IMG/VR virus record: IMGVR_UViG_3300025009_000058 | Direction: 5' to 3' (one strand) | Length of the DNA stretch: 55,994 nt | Source: a virus | Taxonomy: Duplodnaviria > Heunggongvirae > Uroviricota > Caudoviricetes | Part shown: positions 1-9,357 of the stretch, in pieces | How positions within the stretch are numbered: position 1 is the first letter of the stretch | How the letters are laid out: each line of letters begins with the position of its first letter | Translations under genes and position numbers: made by a program | The notes under the pieces: model-generated | Database searches by the model: none | Seen by the model: the letters and a program-made list of their open reading frames with translations, nothing else | What the model was told of the DNA's origin: nothing

Positions 1-513
1 GGTAATTGGGTTCAACTTCTATATATGATCATTAGTAAACATAATTTATGTAAAGTAGTATTTTCCACTAGAAAGAATTTTATTTTTGGAGTAATGATTT
101 TTGGTAAAAGAGTGAATATTGAAATAGTTAAATACTTAATTGGTTATCTTGAAGTTGTATTATTAGAGCTAGCAAAAACCTCTTGGAATACTCATTCATT
201 ATCAAATACTAGTGATACTAAAAATACTTATATAAGATCTTTTCTTCAAGGAGCTGTGATGGGGATTAATAAAAAACTTACAGACGAAAAGAATAGAATG
301 ATGGCAGAATCAAATATAATGACTTCTTTAATTAAGAGAGAAGATATTGAAATTGATGCAGTAATTAATGCCCAATTAAAAGACCAAAAAGAAAAAAAGA
401 TGCAAACTTCATCTTCAAATAATGGATTAAAACATGGATTTGAAGCTGGGAAAGCTATACAGCTTAATAAAGGATTGCATACAAATAGTCAAAACTCAAA
501 AATGATTAACTGA
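1..513 (+). CDS. DUF2786/DUF7168-like hypothetical protein, 5'-truncated
   Basis: Frame 1 is open from base 1 (GNWVQLLYMIISKHNLCK...). The pattern W..L...I....C...FG...NIEI..YL..YL ... SFLQG ... GFEAGKAIQLNKGL resembles the C-terminal part of this family. Confidence 0.55.
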   Translation, partial: GNWVQLLYMIISKHNLCKVVFSTRKNFIFGVMIFGKRVNIEIVKYLIGYLEVVLLELAKTSWNTHSLSNTSDTKNTYIRSFLQGAVMGINKKLTDEKNRMMAESNIMTSLIKREDIEIDAVINAQLKDQKEKKMQTSSSNNGLKHGFEAGKAIQLNKGLHTNSQNSKMIN

Positions 514-528
514 TGATTTATATTTGTT
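509..528 (+). promoter_or_regulatory. Repeated promoter-like element, copy 1 (ACTGATGATTTATATTTGTT)
   Basis: 19/20 identical to 4803-4822. Intergenic, upstream of the polymerase. Contains TATATTTG (519-526), which fits the Bacteroidota -7 consensus TAnnTTTG. Confidence 0.6.
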
Positions 529-564
529 AAGTTAATAAAATAATTGTTCTATTCAAGGATTAAT

Positions 565-3561
565 ATGAGAACTCCACAACAATTTTACTATGATTTACCT
601 CACTTACTTAAATCAACATTTAAAGAATATAAGTATAAATCTTATGAAAAAGAAAAACAATCTAGAAGAGATAAAGCAAAGATCAATGAAAAAGCTCAAG
701 AATCATACCTTAGTTTACTAGGATTTGAACCCACAGAATTTCATTTTGATGAAGAACCTTCAGTTTGTGATGGCTGTCCATTCTATAAAGATGCAAAATA
801 CCATAAGTTTTCTCCTTCATATGGTTCTTGGTTTAATCTTAATGCTGTTGATTCTCCAATTGAGTTTATTTTTATCACTGATAAAGGAGCATTAGTTCAA
901 CACGTCGGAAAAGCTTTAATGCTCACTAAAGGGAATGATGGTCAAAATTTTATTCAAGCATTAAATGACCTTGAGATGACTAATTATGCAATTACCTCTA
1001 TACATTTATGTAGAGGTGAATCGAGTAAATTCAATAAAGATGCTTCAAATCATTGTAGACCTTATTTAGAAAATTTCATAATGCATATAACAGAACTAAA
1101 TGCAAATCTTGGAGCAGAACCTCCAATATTAATTCTATGTGGTAATAATGCTATTGAACAAGTGACAAAAAAGAAACTAAAAGTGGATGGTCATCTTAAT
1201 ACAAAGTTTGAATCAAAAGATTATAACTTCTTACCAGAACTTAATTTATCTTTCTATATAACTTACCACCCTTCATTTTTTAATCCTGGTACTAAATTTT
1301 ATGATGAGTTAAAAATTCAGCTTTTTATGGATTCAATGGAGAATAGGCTAATTGGATTTACTCCTGACATTCCAAAAGGTACATATAAAATTATTGATAA
1401 TATTAATGATTTTAAGTCTCTAATGTTAAGTATGAAGCAAAGCGAATTACTATCAACTGATATTGAAACATCTGGTTTTAATTATAAAGAATTTATAACT
1501 ATAAAAGATAAAAAAAGAAAAGGTTATAAGGAAAGAGAATATGGTTCTCATAAAGATTTCATAATTGGTATTTCATTCTCAAATAAGCATGGAGAAGGTT
1601 TTTATGTACCTCTCTATGTTAAAGGCAAGATCTTAAAAGAATATGTAGATCATGATCCGGAATTAGCATACCTTGAAGATGAACAATTCTACTTCATTTT
1701 TGGTGATGACATCGATGAAGTAATCTCACTTTTGAAAGATTTACTTGAAGATGAAAAGATCAAAAAAGTATTGCATAATGGTAAATTTGATGCTACTTTC
1801 TTACAAGTTCAATTTGGAATAGTAATAAAGAATTTCTATTGTGATACAATGATTATGACATATATAATCAATGAAAACAAAGAAAAATCGCTTGATTTTC
1901 TATCAGCAAGATATCCAGATTTAGCCGGATACAAAAATGAAGTCTACAGTAATCTTACTGAAGAAAAGAAAGAAGTTGAAAACTATTCTGATATTGGATT
2001 AAATAAGTTAGGTATTTATGGTGCAAAAGATGCTGATGCTACATTACGAATATTTAATGAAGGCATGGAAGAGATTGATAAACTTGAAAAGAAATATCAT
2101 GGAGCAGCATTATTAAAACAATACTTATTTGATTTTTACATGCCTCTTCAAAAACATTATATGGATGCTGAAATTGAAGGAGTATACTTTGATAGAGAAT
2201 ATGCTACAAGAACTGCTGAAGAATATAAAGATAGAATGGAAGAATTGGAAGAGAATATTTTTAAGCAAGTAAAACCTATTATTCCAGAACCTCTTGATGA
2301 ATCCGGTAAGTTATTTAATATAAATTCTTCTAACCAATTAAAGATAGTTTTATTTGAGAAGTTAGATTTTGAACCTGTAAAACCAACTAATGCTGCAATA
2401 GATAAAGGTCTTTATAAAAAATCAAAAGGAAAATATAACAAAGTCATTGACAGTGATGATGCTTCAACAGATCAAGATACATTAAAACAATTATTAGAAT
2501 TCTCATATAACAAAGTTGAATCAATCAGTTCATCACCAGAAGATAAAGAAGAATATCAATTAAGAGCAACTTTATTAGAAGATATTCTTGAGTATAAGAA
2601 AAAAGCAAAAATGATAAATACTTATCTTGAAGGTAAAAAATTATTATCAAGACTAGATGAATCGACTAATAGATTACATTTCTCAATGAAAGTAGTTGGC
2701 ACTACATCTGGAAGATTAAGTTCAACCCCAAATGTACAAAATTTACCCAAGAAAACGCCTAAATCAAATATTAGAGGTATATTTGCCCCACCATCTGATG
2801 AATATAAATTTTTCTCAGCAGATCTTTCACAAGCAGAATTAAGATTAATGGCAGATCACGCACAAGACTTTAATATGTTAGATGATATTGAAGCTGGAAG
2901 AGACATTCACTGGATGGCAGCTCTTGATTTATTTTATCATGGACAAAATCTTGAATATGATTCTAAAGATCCTCAAATGAAAAGATATAGAAAACTTACT
3001 AAACTTTGTAATTTTGGTGGTCTATATGGTGGTTCTGATGATAAAAAAGTTTCTTCAATTAATGAAAAACTTGAAAGAGGTGAAGAGAAAGTCGATTTAA
3101 CATTAGCAGCAGACCATTCAAAGTGGTTCTGGAGCCGGTACCATAGAACAGCTGAATTTCAATCTGAAGTTAGAGATTTTGCACTGTCCACAGGGTTCTT
3201 AATTTCAAAATTAGGTAGGATTAGACGATTACCAGAAGTTAATTCCACAAATAATGCTGCTTGGGAAGAAGCTTTTAGACAGGGTATTAACAGCATCATT
3301 CAAGGAGCAGCAAGTGATATTGCTCAATGTGGCTTCATGAGAATTAGAGAATATTTCAAGGATAATCAATTAAAATCCTGTTGTCTGTTCACTGTCCATG
3401 ATGAAGCAGATGGATACTTACATGTTAATGAGATTGATATGCTTAAACCAATTATACCTAATTTAATGGTAGTGAAAGATACAAAATGGTTACCACTTGA
3501 TAGAATTAAAGTTAAGTTAGAATCTGAGCTTGAAATATTCAAAAATAGATTTGGAGAATAA
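565..3561 (+). CDS. polA: Family A DNA polymerase with N-terminal UDG family-4-like Fe-S domain and 3'-5' exonuclease
   Basis: ExoI STDIETSG, ExoII HNGKFD, ExoIII YGAKDADAT; GTTSGRLSS, motif A ADLSQAELR, motif B RKLTKLCNFGGLYG, motif C TVHDE. N-terminus has CDGC...LCRG...HCRPYL...TYHPS. ATG565 is preferred over TTG544 because AGGA lies just upstream. Confidence 0.95.
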   Translation: MRTPQQFYYDLPHLLKSTFKEYKYKSYEKEKQSRRDKAKINEKAQESYLSLLGFEPTEFHFDEEPSVCDGCPFYKDAKYHKFSPSYGSWFNLNAVDSPIEFIFITDKGALVQHVGKALMLTKGNDGQNFIQALNDLEMTNYAITSIHLCRGESSKFNKDASNHCRPYLENFIMHITELNANLGAEPPILILCGNNAIEQVTKKKLKVDGHLNTKFESKDYNFLPELNLSFYITYHPSFFNPGTKFYDELKIQLFMDSMENRLIGFTPDIPKGTYKIIDNINDFKSLMLSMKQSELLSTDIETSGFNYKEFITIKDKKRKGYKEREYGSHKDFIIGISFSNKHGEGFYVPLYVKGKILKEYVDHDPELAYLEDEQFYFIFGDDIDEVISLLKDLLEDEKIKKVLHNGKFDATFLQVQFGIVIKNFYCDTMIMTYIINENKEKSLDFLSARYPDLAGYKNEVYSNLTEEKKEVENYSDIGLNKLGIYGAKDADATLRIFNEGMEEIDKLEKKYHGAALLKQYLFDFYMPLQKHYMDAEIEGVYFDREYATRTAEEYKDRMEELEENIFKQVKPIIPEPLDESGKLFNINSSNQLKIVLFEKLDFEPVKPTNAAIDKGLYKKSKGKYNKVIDSDDASTDQDTLKQLLEFSYNKVESISSSPEDKEEYQLRATLLEDILEYKKKAKMINTYLEGKKLLSRLDESTNRLHFSMKVVGTTSGRLSSTPNVQNLPKKTPKSNIRGIFAPPSDEYKFFSADLSQAELRLMADHAQDFNMLDDIEAGRDIHWMAALDLFYHGQNLEYDSKDPQMKRYRKLTKLCNFGGLYGGSDDKKVSSINEKLERGEEKVDLTLAADHSKWFWSRYHRTAEFQSEVRDFALSTGFLISKLGRIRRLPEVNSTNNAAWEEAFRQGINSIIQGAASDIAQCGFMRIREYFKDNQLKSCCLFTVHDEADGYLHVNEIDMLKPIIPNLMVVKDTKWLPLDRIKVKLESELEIFKNRFGE

Positions 3562-3562
3562 A

Positions 3563-3799
3563 ATGTCAAGAAAAGATAATATAGCAGACATAAGAAGCAA
3601 TTTTATAGCAAAGACCTTTAGAGGCCAGAAAGTTAAAGCTATAAGTCCTGCAGGTATTTCTGGAGGATTAAGTCTTTCTTATGAAAGAGGTAAACAAGAA
3701 GGCATTTATATTAGCTATCGATTCTTAAAAAAGATTAATAAAGAAATTGCTACAAAATTATTTGATGCTTTAATATATGAAGATGGGAGAAAGAGGTAA
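3563..3799 (+). CDS. hypothetical protein
   Basis: GGAG at 3553-3556 precedes ATG3563; tightly packed in the operon. Confidence 0.65.
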   Translation: MSRKDNIADIRSNFIAKTFRGQKVKAISPAGISGGLSLSYERGKQEGIYISYRFLKKINKEIATKLFDALIYEDGRKR

Positions 3800-3801
3800 A
3801 T

Positions 3802-4059
3802 ATGTCACTTAAATCTGAATTAATTGAATATTTTAGTGAAGGTAGACATAATTATGACCAAGAAGAGATTAAAACTGTCTTATCAATTATAAAACGTGGG
3901 AATGATGACTTAAGTAATTATCAAGATTTAGATGGATTAGATAGAAATTTGATTTGTAGGCTTTTAGAAGATGATGAAAAAGGTATTGAGCTTTATAATA
4001 GAGTTAAAATTAAGTATGAACATAAAGATGATAGATTAAATAACTTATTTGATGAGTAA
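3802..4059 (+). CDS. hypothetical protein
   Basis: ORF with GAGG RBS, operon packing. Confidence 0.65.
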   Translation: MSLKSELIEYFSEGRHNYDQEEIKTVLSIIKRGNDDLSNYQDLDGLDRNLICRLLEDDEKGIELYNRVKIKYEHKDDRLNNLFDE

Positions 4060-4342
4060 TAAAATGAATTTAAAAGAATATTCAAGAGAAGAAGTTTTAG
4101 AAATTGTAATAGCATCAATTCCTTTGCCTAAGCATATGGAGCAGATTAAAATAAGTGAGCGTCAAGAAGGTATCAGTTTTATCTGGTGGCAAAGTCACTA
4201 TATAGTATCAACTCAATTAAAAGTATCTATTATTGATGGTATTATGATTGGCGGAGGACCAAAAGCTATGCTAATGGAAGCATTAATTAAAGAGATTGCA
4301 TATAAAAGAGAGTTAGCAAAATCTTTAGGATTATCACTATGA
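4049..4342 (+). CDS. hypothetical phage protein
   Basis: Overlaps neighbours at both ends (ATGA coupling at 4339-4342). Confidence 0.65.
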   Translation: MMSNKMNLKEYSREEVLEIVIASIPLPKHMEQIKISERQEGISFIWWQSHYIVSTQLKVSIIDGIMIGGGPKAMLMEALIKEIAYKRELAKSLGLSL

Positions 4343-4797
4343 GAGATTTAAATATGCTAGAAGTATTTAAAAAAATGTATGGGAATAATGATCCTAATCT
4401 TAATATAGATTTATTACATTATCATGCGTGGAAAATGGAAGAGATGGTTCCATATAGAAGTGGTGCTACCACTGCTGAACTTATGAATCTAGTTAATGTA
4501 ATTATGAATAATAGTAATGAAAATATAATTATCATATCTGATCACTCTATAAATGATTTATTAAATGAGATTATAAGACTTTTTGATATGTATAGTATTG
4601 AAATCTTAAATATTAATACATATGCTCAGTTTAAAATTCTCATTAAGCATCAAGGACATGTCTGCAGAATACATTGGATTAGACATGATAGACCAGAAAA
4701 TATTAGAGGTATGAATAAAGAATGGCCTATAGTACTGATTTTTAGAAATAGGATTGAAAAGATTCAATTTATTTATAAGATGGAGAGATTTTTATAG
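4339..4797 (+). CDS. hypothetical protein, possibly a degenerate P-loop ATPase fold
   Basis: YRSGATT...NIIIISD...PENIRG weakly resembles the RxxGKT and xxxLRG motifs of terminase/helicase-like ATPases, but the Walker A Lys is absent. Confidence 0.55.
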   Translation: MRDLNMLEVFKKMYGNNDPNLNIDLLHYHAWKMEEMVPYRSGATTAELMNLVNVIMNNSNENIIIISDHSINDLLNEIIRLFDMYSIEILNINTYAQFKILIKHQGHVCRIHWIRHDRPENIRGMNKEWPIVLIFRNRIEKIQFIYKMERFL

Positions 4798-4802
4798 ATG
4801 AA

Positions 4803-4822
4803 ACTGATGAATTATATTTGTT
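4803..4822 (+). promoter_or_regulatory. Repeated promoter-like element, copy 2 (ACTGATGAATTATATTTGTT)
   Basis: 19/20 identical to 509-528, with a similar downstream TTAA(C/T)AAAA(A)TAATT tract. Intergenic, upstream of the DUF932-like gene. Confidence 0.6.
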
Positions 4823-4858
4823 TTAACAATTAACAAAAATAATTCGGGAGAATTGAAT

Positions 4859-5869
4859 ATGTTAGACTTACAAGAAGATGATCATTTTTCTACAAAAAGC
4901 TATGATGAAGCTTTAGCTTATGCAGAAAAATCTACTGATTATGAAAAAGCCCAATTACTTTTTAGAGATTTGAAAATTACTGATAATGGAGAATTAACTC
5001 TTCAAGGAAATCCTTTCAAAATCTCTGAAAGCGGATTTATGAATCTGTGCTCAACTCTCAAAATTCCTTGGGGTTATGCAAAGATGGTTCCAACCGATCA
5101 ACTAATCTTTGATGTTAACAGGCTTTCAAAAGAAAGAGAACTTGACAGACTGGACACTTACTTCAAACCTGAATCTGAAACCATCATTGATATGAATGAC
5201 AACTCACGCTTAACAAACATTTCTAATTTTGCCTTCATTAATAAGATTAAGGAAGGTTCAAGGTTTATGTTCACCAATCATTGGTTGAAAATGGAAATCA
5301 TACCTGAAAACGGATTAGAAGTTGCATCTGTGGGTGATATCCATAAAATTGGTTCTTCAATAATGCACTTCCCAACTTGTTCATCTGTAACTCAAGCTTT
5401 CATGGAACTTTGGACTTTGAGGTGTACAAATGGAGCAATTGCTCCACGTAGCATTGGAAGAGAAAAATTGAATCTTAAATCAAGAAATGATGTAAATACA
5501 TTACTTGAAGCTTTCATTGAAAAGGTTAAAAAGATGGTTTTAAGTAAAGAAGAGCTTGAAAATGCCTTTAAATATCTTGATGAAAATATGATTGAGTTTG
5601 CAGCTTTGAAGAAAATTGATAAAAGATTTTCAAGAATTATTGGTGATGACACTCAGCTTCTTATGGGAAGCGCAATTTACAATGAGTATGCCATGATCAG
5701 TGAAAAATCTGAGGAAGATGAAGAAAGGTTGCTTACTCACTCACAATATGATCTCTACTATAATATTACTAATTATGGTAGTAATCTTACAAAAGATGCT
5801 GGAATTTCAAGAAAAGTTCAAACTTTTGCTGGTAATCTATTATTTAATGCTTTAGATGAAGCAGAATAA
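4859..5869 (+). CDS. DUF932/DUF945-like phage protein
   Basis: WTLRCTNGAI (RLxCxNG signature), F.QLC..L.IP..Y-type N-terminal motif, C-terminal YDLYYNITNY. GGGAG RBS before ATG4859. Confidence 0.7.
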   Translation: MLDLQEDDHFSTKSYDEALAYAEKSTDYEKAQLLFRDLKITDNGELTLQGNPFKISESGFMNLCSTLKIPWGYAKMVPTDQLIFDVNRLSKERELDRLDTYFKPESETIIDMNDNSRLTNISNFAFINKIKEGSRFMFTNHWLKMEIIPENGLEVASVGDIHKIGSSIMHFPTCSSVTQAFMELWTLRCTNGAIAPRSIGREKLNLKSRNDVNTLLEAFIEKVKKMVLSKEELENAFKYLDENMIEFAALKKIDKRFSRIIGDDTQLLMGSAIYNEYAMISEKSEEDEERLLTHSQYDLYYNITNYGSNLTKDAGISRKVQTFAGNLLFNALDEAE

Positions 5870-5874
5870 ATAAT

Positions 5875-5915
5875 GGCTTCCAATTGAACCTCCCGCTGTT
5901 GGAAGCCTAATTTTT
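5875..5915 (+). terminator. Rho-independent terminator candidate
   Basis: GGCTTCCAA (5875-5883) / TTGGAAGCC (5899-5907), followed by TAATTTTT. Confidence 0.6.
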
Positions 5916-5938
5916 AACTTACAGAAGGATAAAATTAG

Positions 5939-6157
5939 ATGAAAGAATTAGAATTATTTCATAGTTATTTAGTAAAAGATATTATCAATCAAGATAATGG
6001 TATTGAAAAGTTTCATGTGGGTGAAATGACTGTTACTTCTTATCACATAAGTATTATCAAAACTTCACTTGGACCTCATAATAATTTTTGGATTTTAAAA
6101 GTAGATTTTGAAAGTAATTATGTAATTATTGAGGATTTAGGAAATGGATCTATCTAA
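5939..6157 (+). CDS. hypothetical protein
   Basis: AAGGA RBS; overlaps the next ORF. Confidence 0.6.
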   Translation: MKELELFHSYLVKDIINQDNGIEKFHVGEMTVTSYHISIIKTSLGPHNNFWILKVDFESNYVIIEDLGNGSI

Positions 6158-7109
6158 AATAGATATGAACTCAAATGCCCATATCATTGCTCTTTATGGT
6201 AAAGAAGAAAAAGGTTTACTAAATATAAAAAGATCTTATGGCTTTATATGGTATTCGGTGGGAAAAAAAGCAAAGATTATTAAAAGAACTGAATACATAC
6301 TTGATGACAATGCTTTAATGGAGAAGGCATTAATAGAATTTTTCAATGTTTTTGAGTTGATAAAGCATAAAATGGTTACAAAGAAGCTTATATTCTCTAT
6401 ACCAGCCAATACAGAAATTGACCCTGATTGTATGAGTCAGAATATTGCTCATGCCATAAGATTAGGATTTGATATTACATTTGAAGAGTCTCATTCATGG
6501 ACACAAGAAATAATAAGTGATGTTTACAAAGCTAATACAGAGTATAAAGAAATAAATGATTTTAATGATAAGAAAAGAATATTGTCTGTATGTGATGAAT
6601 CATCAATAGATAAAGATCTTATTGATTCTGGATTTGAACTTCGTCAATATATATCTAAGCATGAATCTGGAATACCAGGAATTGAAAAGAAAATATTGTT
6701 CGTAGAAGATTTAGCTTCTCAAGATAAATATATTATTGAATCAAATATTATGTGGCCATTGTATACTGAGGAATTAAATGACTTAATGAGACGCACTTGC
6801 ATGATGATTAGAGATAGTGAGATAGTAATAATGGTTTCTAGTATTGTGAACCCATCGGACGGCGAATTTATTGATGGTTATCATACTGCTATTTATGCTT
6901 TATGTACTTCAATGAGTAAGAAAGTATTAGTTTATGATGTTGCTACTCAAAAATGGTATTCGGAGTCAACTTCTTCTAAAAGAGAATTAGTTAGGACATC
7001 AATTAAATCAGTCGCACAATATAATTTAATTGGATTTAGTTCTTTATTTAAACCCTATGCATTATGTAGAGAAACAGTAAAAAAATTCTTAAAAGAATTA
7101 AAGATGTAA
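6144..7109 (+). CDS. hypothetical protein; C-terminal region resembles a degenerate SLOG/DprA-like domain
   Basis: LMRRTCMMIRDSEIVIMVS...YALCTSMSKKVLVYDVATQKWY parallels the RN..QV..SD.IFA...GGT.WAV..A....KPV.VFDQ...W pattern, without GGT. Confidence 0.55.
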   Translation: MDLSKIDMNSNAHIIALYGKEEKGLLNIKRSYGFIWYSVGKKAKIIKRTEYILDDNALMEKALIEFFNVFELIKHKMVTKKLIFSIPANTEIDPDCMSQNIAHAIRLGFDITFEESHSWTQEIISDVYKANTEYKEINDFNDKKRILSVCDESSIDKDLIDSGFELRQYISKHESGIPGIEKKILFVEDLASQDKYIIESNIMWPLYTEELNDLMRRTCMMIRDSEIVIMVSSIVNPSDGEFIDGYHTAIYALCTSMSKKVLVYDVATQKWYSESTSSKRELVRTSIKSVAQYNLIGFSSLFKPYALCRETVKKFLKELKM

Positions 7110-7186
7110 TATATTTATTTTGTCAATTTTTTTCTACAATTAATTATAAATTTAGTATAAATTGGGTATAAGCTGGATATAAACTA

Positions 7187-7768
7187 ATGAGTCAACAAAG
7201 AAGTATAAATACTTTTCGTTTTGGGGCTTTGAAAAACCAACCTGATGATATCTCTACTATTAAGCTTAAGCCAGTAAATATTGAAGAATTATTTGCTACT
7301 CATAATTTAAGTAAGCTCCATTTATATCTTGATGGTAATGATTATGAAATGGATATTGAAAATTACCTTAGAATTGGTAATATGAATAGAGATTCTGATG
7401 TTGACCTTGAGAAAAAAGCAGAAGAAATCAGTGCTATAAGATATACTATGACAGCATCTGAAGCTGATTTAGCAGAGCTAATTGAAGAACTAATAGATGA
7501 AATGGAATCTGCTAAAGCTTTCAAAATGAATCAACTAGCCTCAACTTTTACGAAACCTACTGATAAAATGATTTATAATCAATTCATCATGACCGAAGAA
7601 GGAAAAACTTTCTTAAAACAAAAGAAATTAATAGGAAACTATAAAAATTCACTTCATAGAATAAAAGGACTTCAATTCATTCTTGCTGAAAGAGTTAAGA
7701 TTTTAGAAGGCATGCTTGATAGAAGATATTTTACTAAAAAGGGAAAAGGTAAAGATGGCTCAATCTAG
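7187..7768 (+). CDS. putative UvsY-like recombination mediator (helical)
   Basis: KPTDKMIYNQFI...LIGNYKNSLHRIKGL...ERVKIL resembles phage UvsY-like helical proteins; lies upstream of SSB and RecA. Confidence 0.45.
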   Translation: MSQQRSINTFRFGALKNQPDDISTIKLKPVNIEELFATHNLSKLHLYLDGNDYEMDIENYLRIGNMNRDSDVDLEKKAEEISAIRYTMTASEADLAELIEELIDEMESAKAFKMNQLASTFTKPTDKMIYNQFIMTEEGKTFLKQKKLIGNYKNSLHRIKGLQFILAERVKILEGMLDRRYFTKKGKGKDGSI

Positions 7769-8045
7769 TGTAGACCAGTATTTATTAGACCTTGAAAAGT
7801 TTAAACCAATCTTCAAGATACAAAACTTTTTTACTCTTTTAGACAGAAGAGATAAAGTTCTTGGTGCACCTTTCTCTGTTACAGCTAAAAATATTAATTT
7901 TGAATGCAAATATGCAAGGAGACAAAAACTAACAGCTCATGATGGTTATGGTTACTTTTGTGTATTTGATGATCATATTGATGAGTTTACAACTACAGGT
8001 GCAAAAATAATTTCATGTGCAAATTGCTTAAATCATAATAAATAA
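7755..8045 (+). CDS. small Cys-containing hypothetical protein (possible Zn binder)
   Basis: FECKY...YFCVF...SCANC. ATG7755 follows AAGG. Confidence 0.55.
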   Translation: MAQSSVDQYLLDLEKFKPIFKIQNFFTLLDRRDKVLGAPFSVTAKNINFECKYARRQKLTAHDGYGYFCVFDDHIDEFTTTGAKIISCANCLNHNK

Positions 8046-8150
8046 GAATTCTATATGAGAGACCCAGCAGGAAAACTAGTTTTAATATTCTTATTTCTTA
8101 TTTCTTATTTCTTACTTTAATATTCAGGTTTGCAGAAATAAAGATAAGAG

Positions 8151-8168
8151 TTTATATCTGTTTAACAC
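8151..8168 (+). promoter_or_regulatory. Possible third, diverged copy of the promoter-like element (TTTATATCTGTTTAACAC)
   Basis: One change in the TATATTTG core, followed by TTTAACA as in copy 2; upstream of the SSB-like gene. Confidence 0.35.
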
Positions 8169-8220
8169 TAGTATTATTATTCTTTATCTTGAATAACTAA
8201 CAATCAAAAGGAGGCCTTAA

Positions 8221-9348
8221 ATGCCAGAACCAGTAAAAAAACGTATGACCATTGGTACTACAGCACAACAACGGGAAATGAATCAAGAACCCGAAAATTA
8301 TCTTGATGATCAGATTAAACTTGCTGAGGGTAATAACCTTCTTCGTATTGTTCAAGGCCCTTTCAAGATTAAGACAGTTTTCTATCCTTCTATTAAAGAA
8401 ACAGAAGAGAATAATGAGAAGTTTTATGCTCCTACATTGATTGCTCTTAATTTTCTTGAATCAGGTGGAGTAGTTGATACTCTCTTCTCAATTGAATCTA
8501 TAATCCGCTCAGGATTAGGTGATAAAGGAGAAGTAGGTTGGAAACCACAGCTCAGATGGTGGTTCTTTGCATTAAATCTTCAAGAACGTGGAGAAAAGAA
8601 AGTAAGAGCTTTCAAGGCTACAAAAGGTATCAGAGATGATATCAAAAGTCTTGAAGAATCACTTGATCCACTTGATCCTACTTTCCTACTTAATGGTCCT
8701 TTCTTCTTGTATCCAATCCTTATTAACAAGAGCGTTGACCCAACTAAACCTAAGAAATTTGGTACCAAATATACAGTATCTGTATATGATAATCAATGGA
8801 AAAGTCAAATTCCTGCTGATTGGTTAAATGCTACATCTGAAGAAATCATTGACAGTCTAGGTGTTGAAAAAATCTTCACTGAAGATGAAATTAATGCTAT
8901 CAATTCTTGTGAAATTGATTTAGATGAGATTATTAAACCAATGAATGAACTTGAAATCAAAGAGAAATTGATGAAATTTCCAATGAATCTCAAGGGTTTG
9001 AAAGTTAATTCAGCAGATTTTTTCTATCCACAAGTCCCAGAATTTGAAGAACAAATCAAAACTTTAGGTCTTCCCACTGTTAAATTTGACTTTAAAGATT
9101 CAACTTCAAAGGTTAAGGTTGGTGCTCAATCATCCATTAAAACATCCGGTGATGAATCTCCAAGAAGACTTTCGTTAAGTAAAAAAGAGACTCCAGCTGA
9201 AGAGAATGTTGTTGACGCAGTTTATACTGATGTTAAATCTGAAACTCCACCAGCTGAAGTAGAAACAAAAACTAAAATTGAACCAAAACCGGCTGATGAA
9301 GCACCTAAGAAACGTACTTTAGGTGGATTAAAGAAAAACAATCTATAA
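8221..9348 (+). CDS. putative single-stranded DNA-binding protein (gp32-like)
   Basis: IKLAEGNNLLRIV N-terminal motif, GTKYTV, long flexible low-complexity C-tail, strong AGGAGG RBS, directly before recA. Confidence 0.55.
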   Translation: MPEPVKKRMTIGTTAQQREMNQEPENYLDDQIKLAEGNNLLRIVQGPFKIKTVFYPSIKETEENNEKFYAPTLIALNFLESGGVVDTLFSIESIIRSGLGDKGEVGWKPQLRWWFFALNLQERGEKKVRAFKATKGIRDDIKSLEESLDPLDPTFLLNGPFFLYPILINKSVDPTKPKKFGTKYTVSVYDNQWKSQIPADWLNATSEEIIDSLGVEKIFTEDEINAINSCEIDLDEIIKPMNELEIKEKLMKFPMNLKGLKVNSADFFYPQVPEFEEQIKTLGLPTVKFDFKDSTSKVKVGAQSSIKTSGDESPRRLSLSKKETPAEENVVDAVYTDVKSETPPAEVETKTKIEPKPADEAPKKRTLGGLKKNNL

Positions 9349-9357
9349 GGAACTTAT

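Noticed and set aside
7110-7186. sigma70 promoter before the UvsY-like gene
   Set aside because: Candidate -35/-10 pairs have poor spacing or match in very AT-rich DNA.
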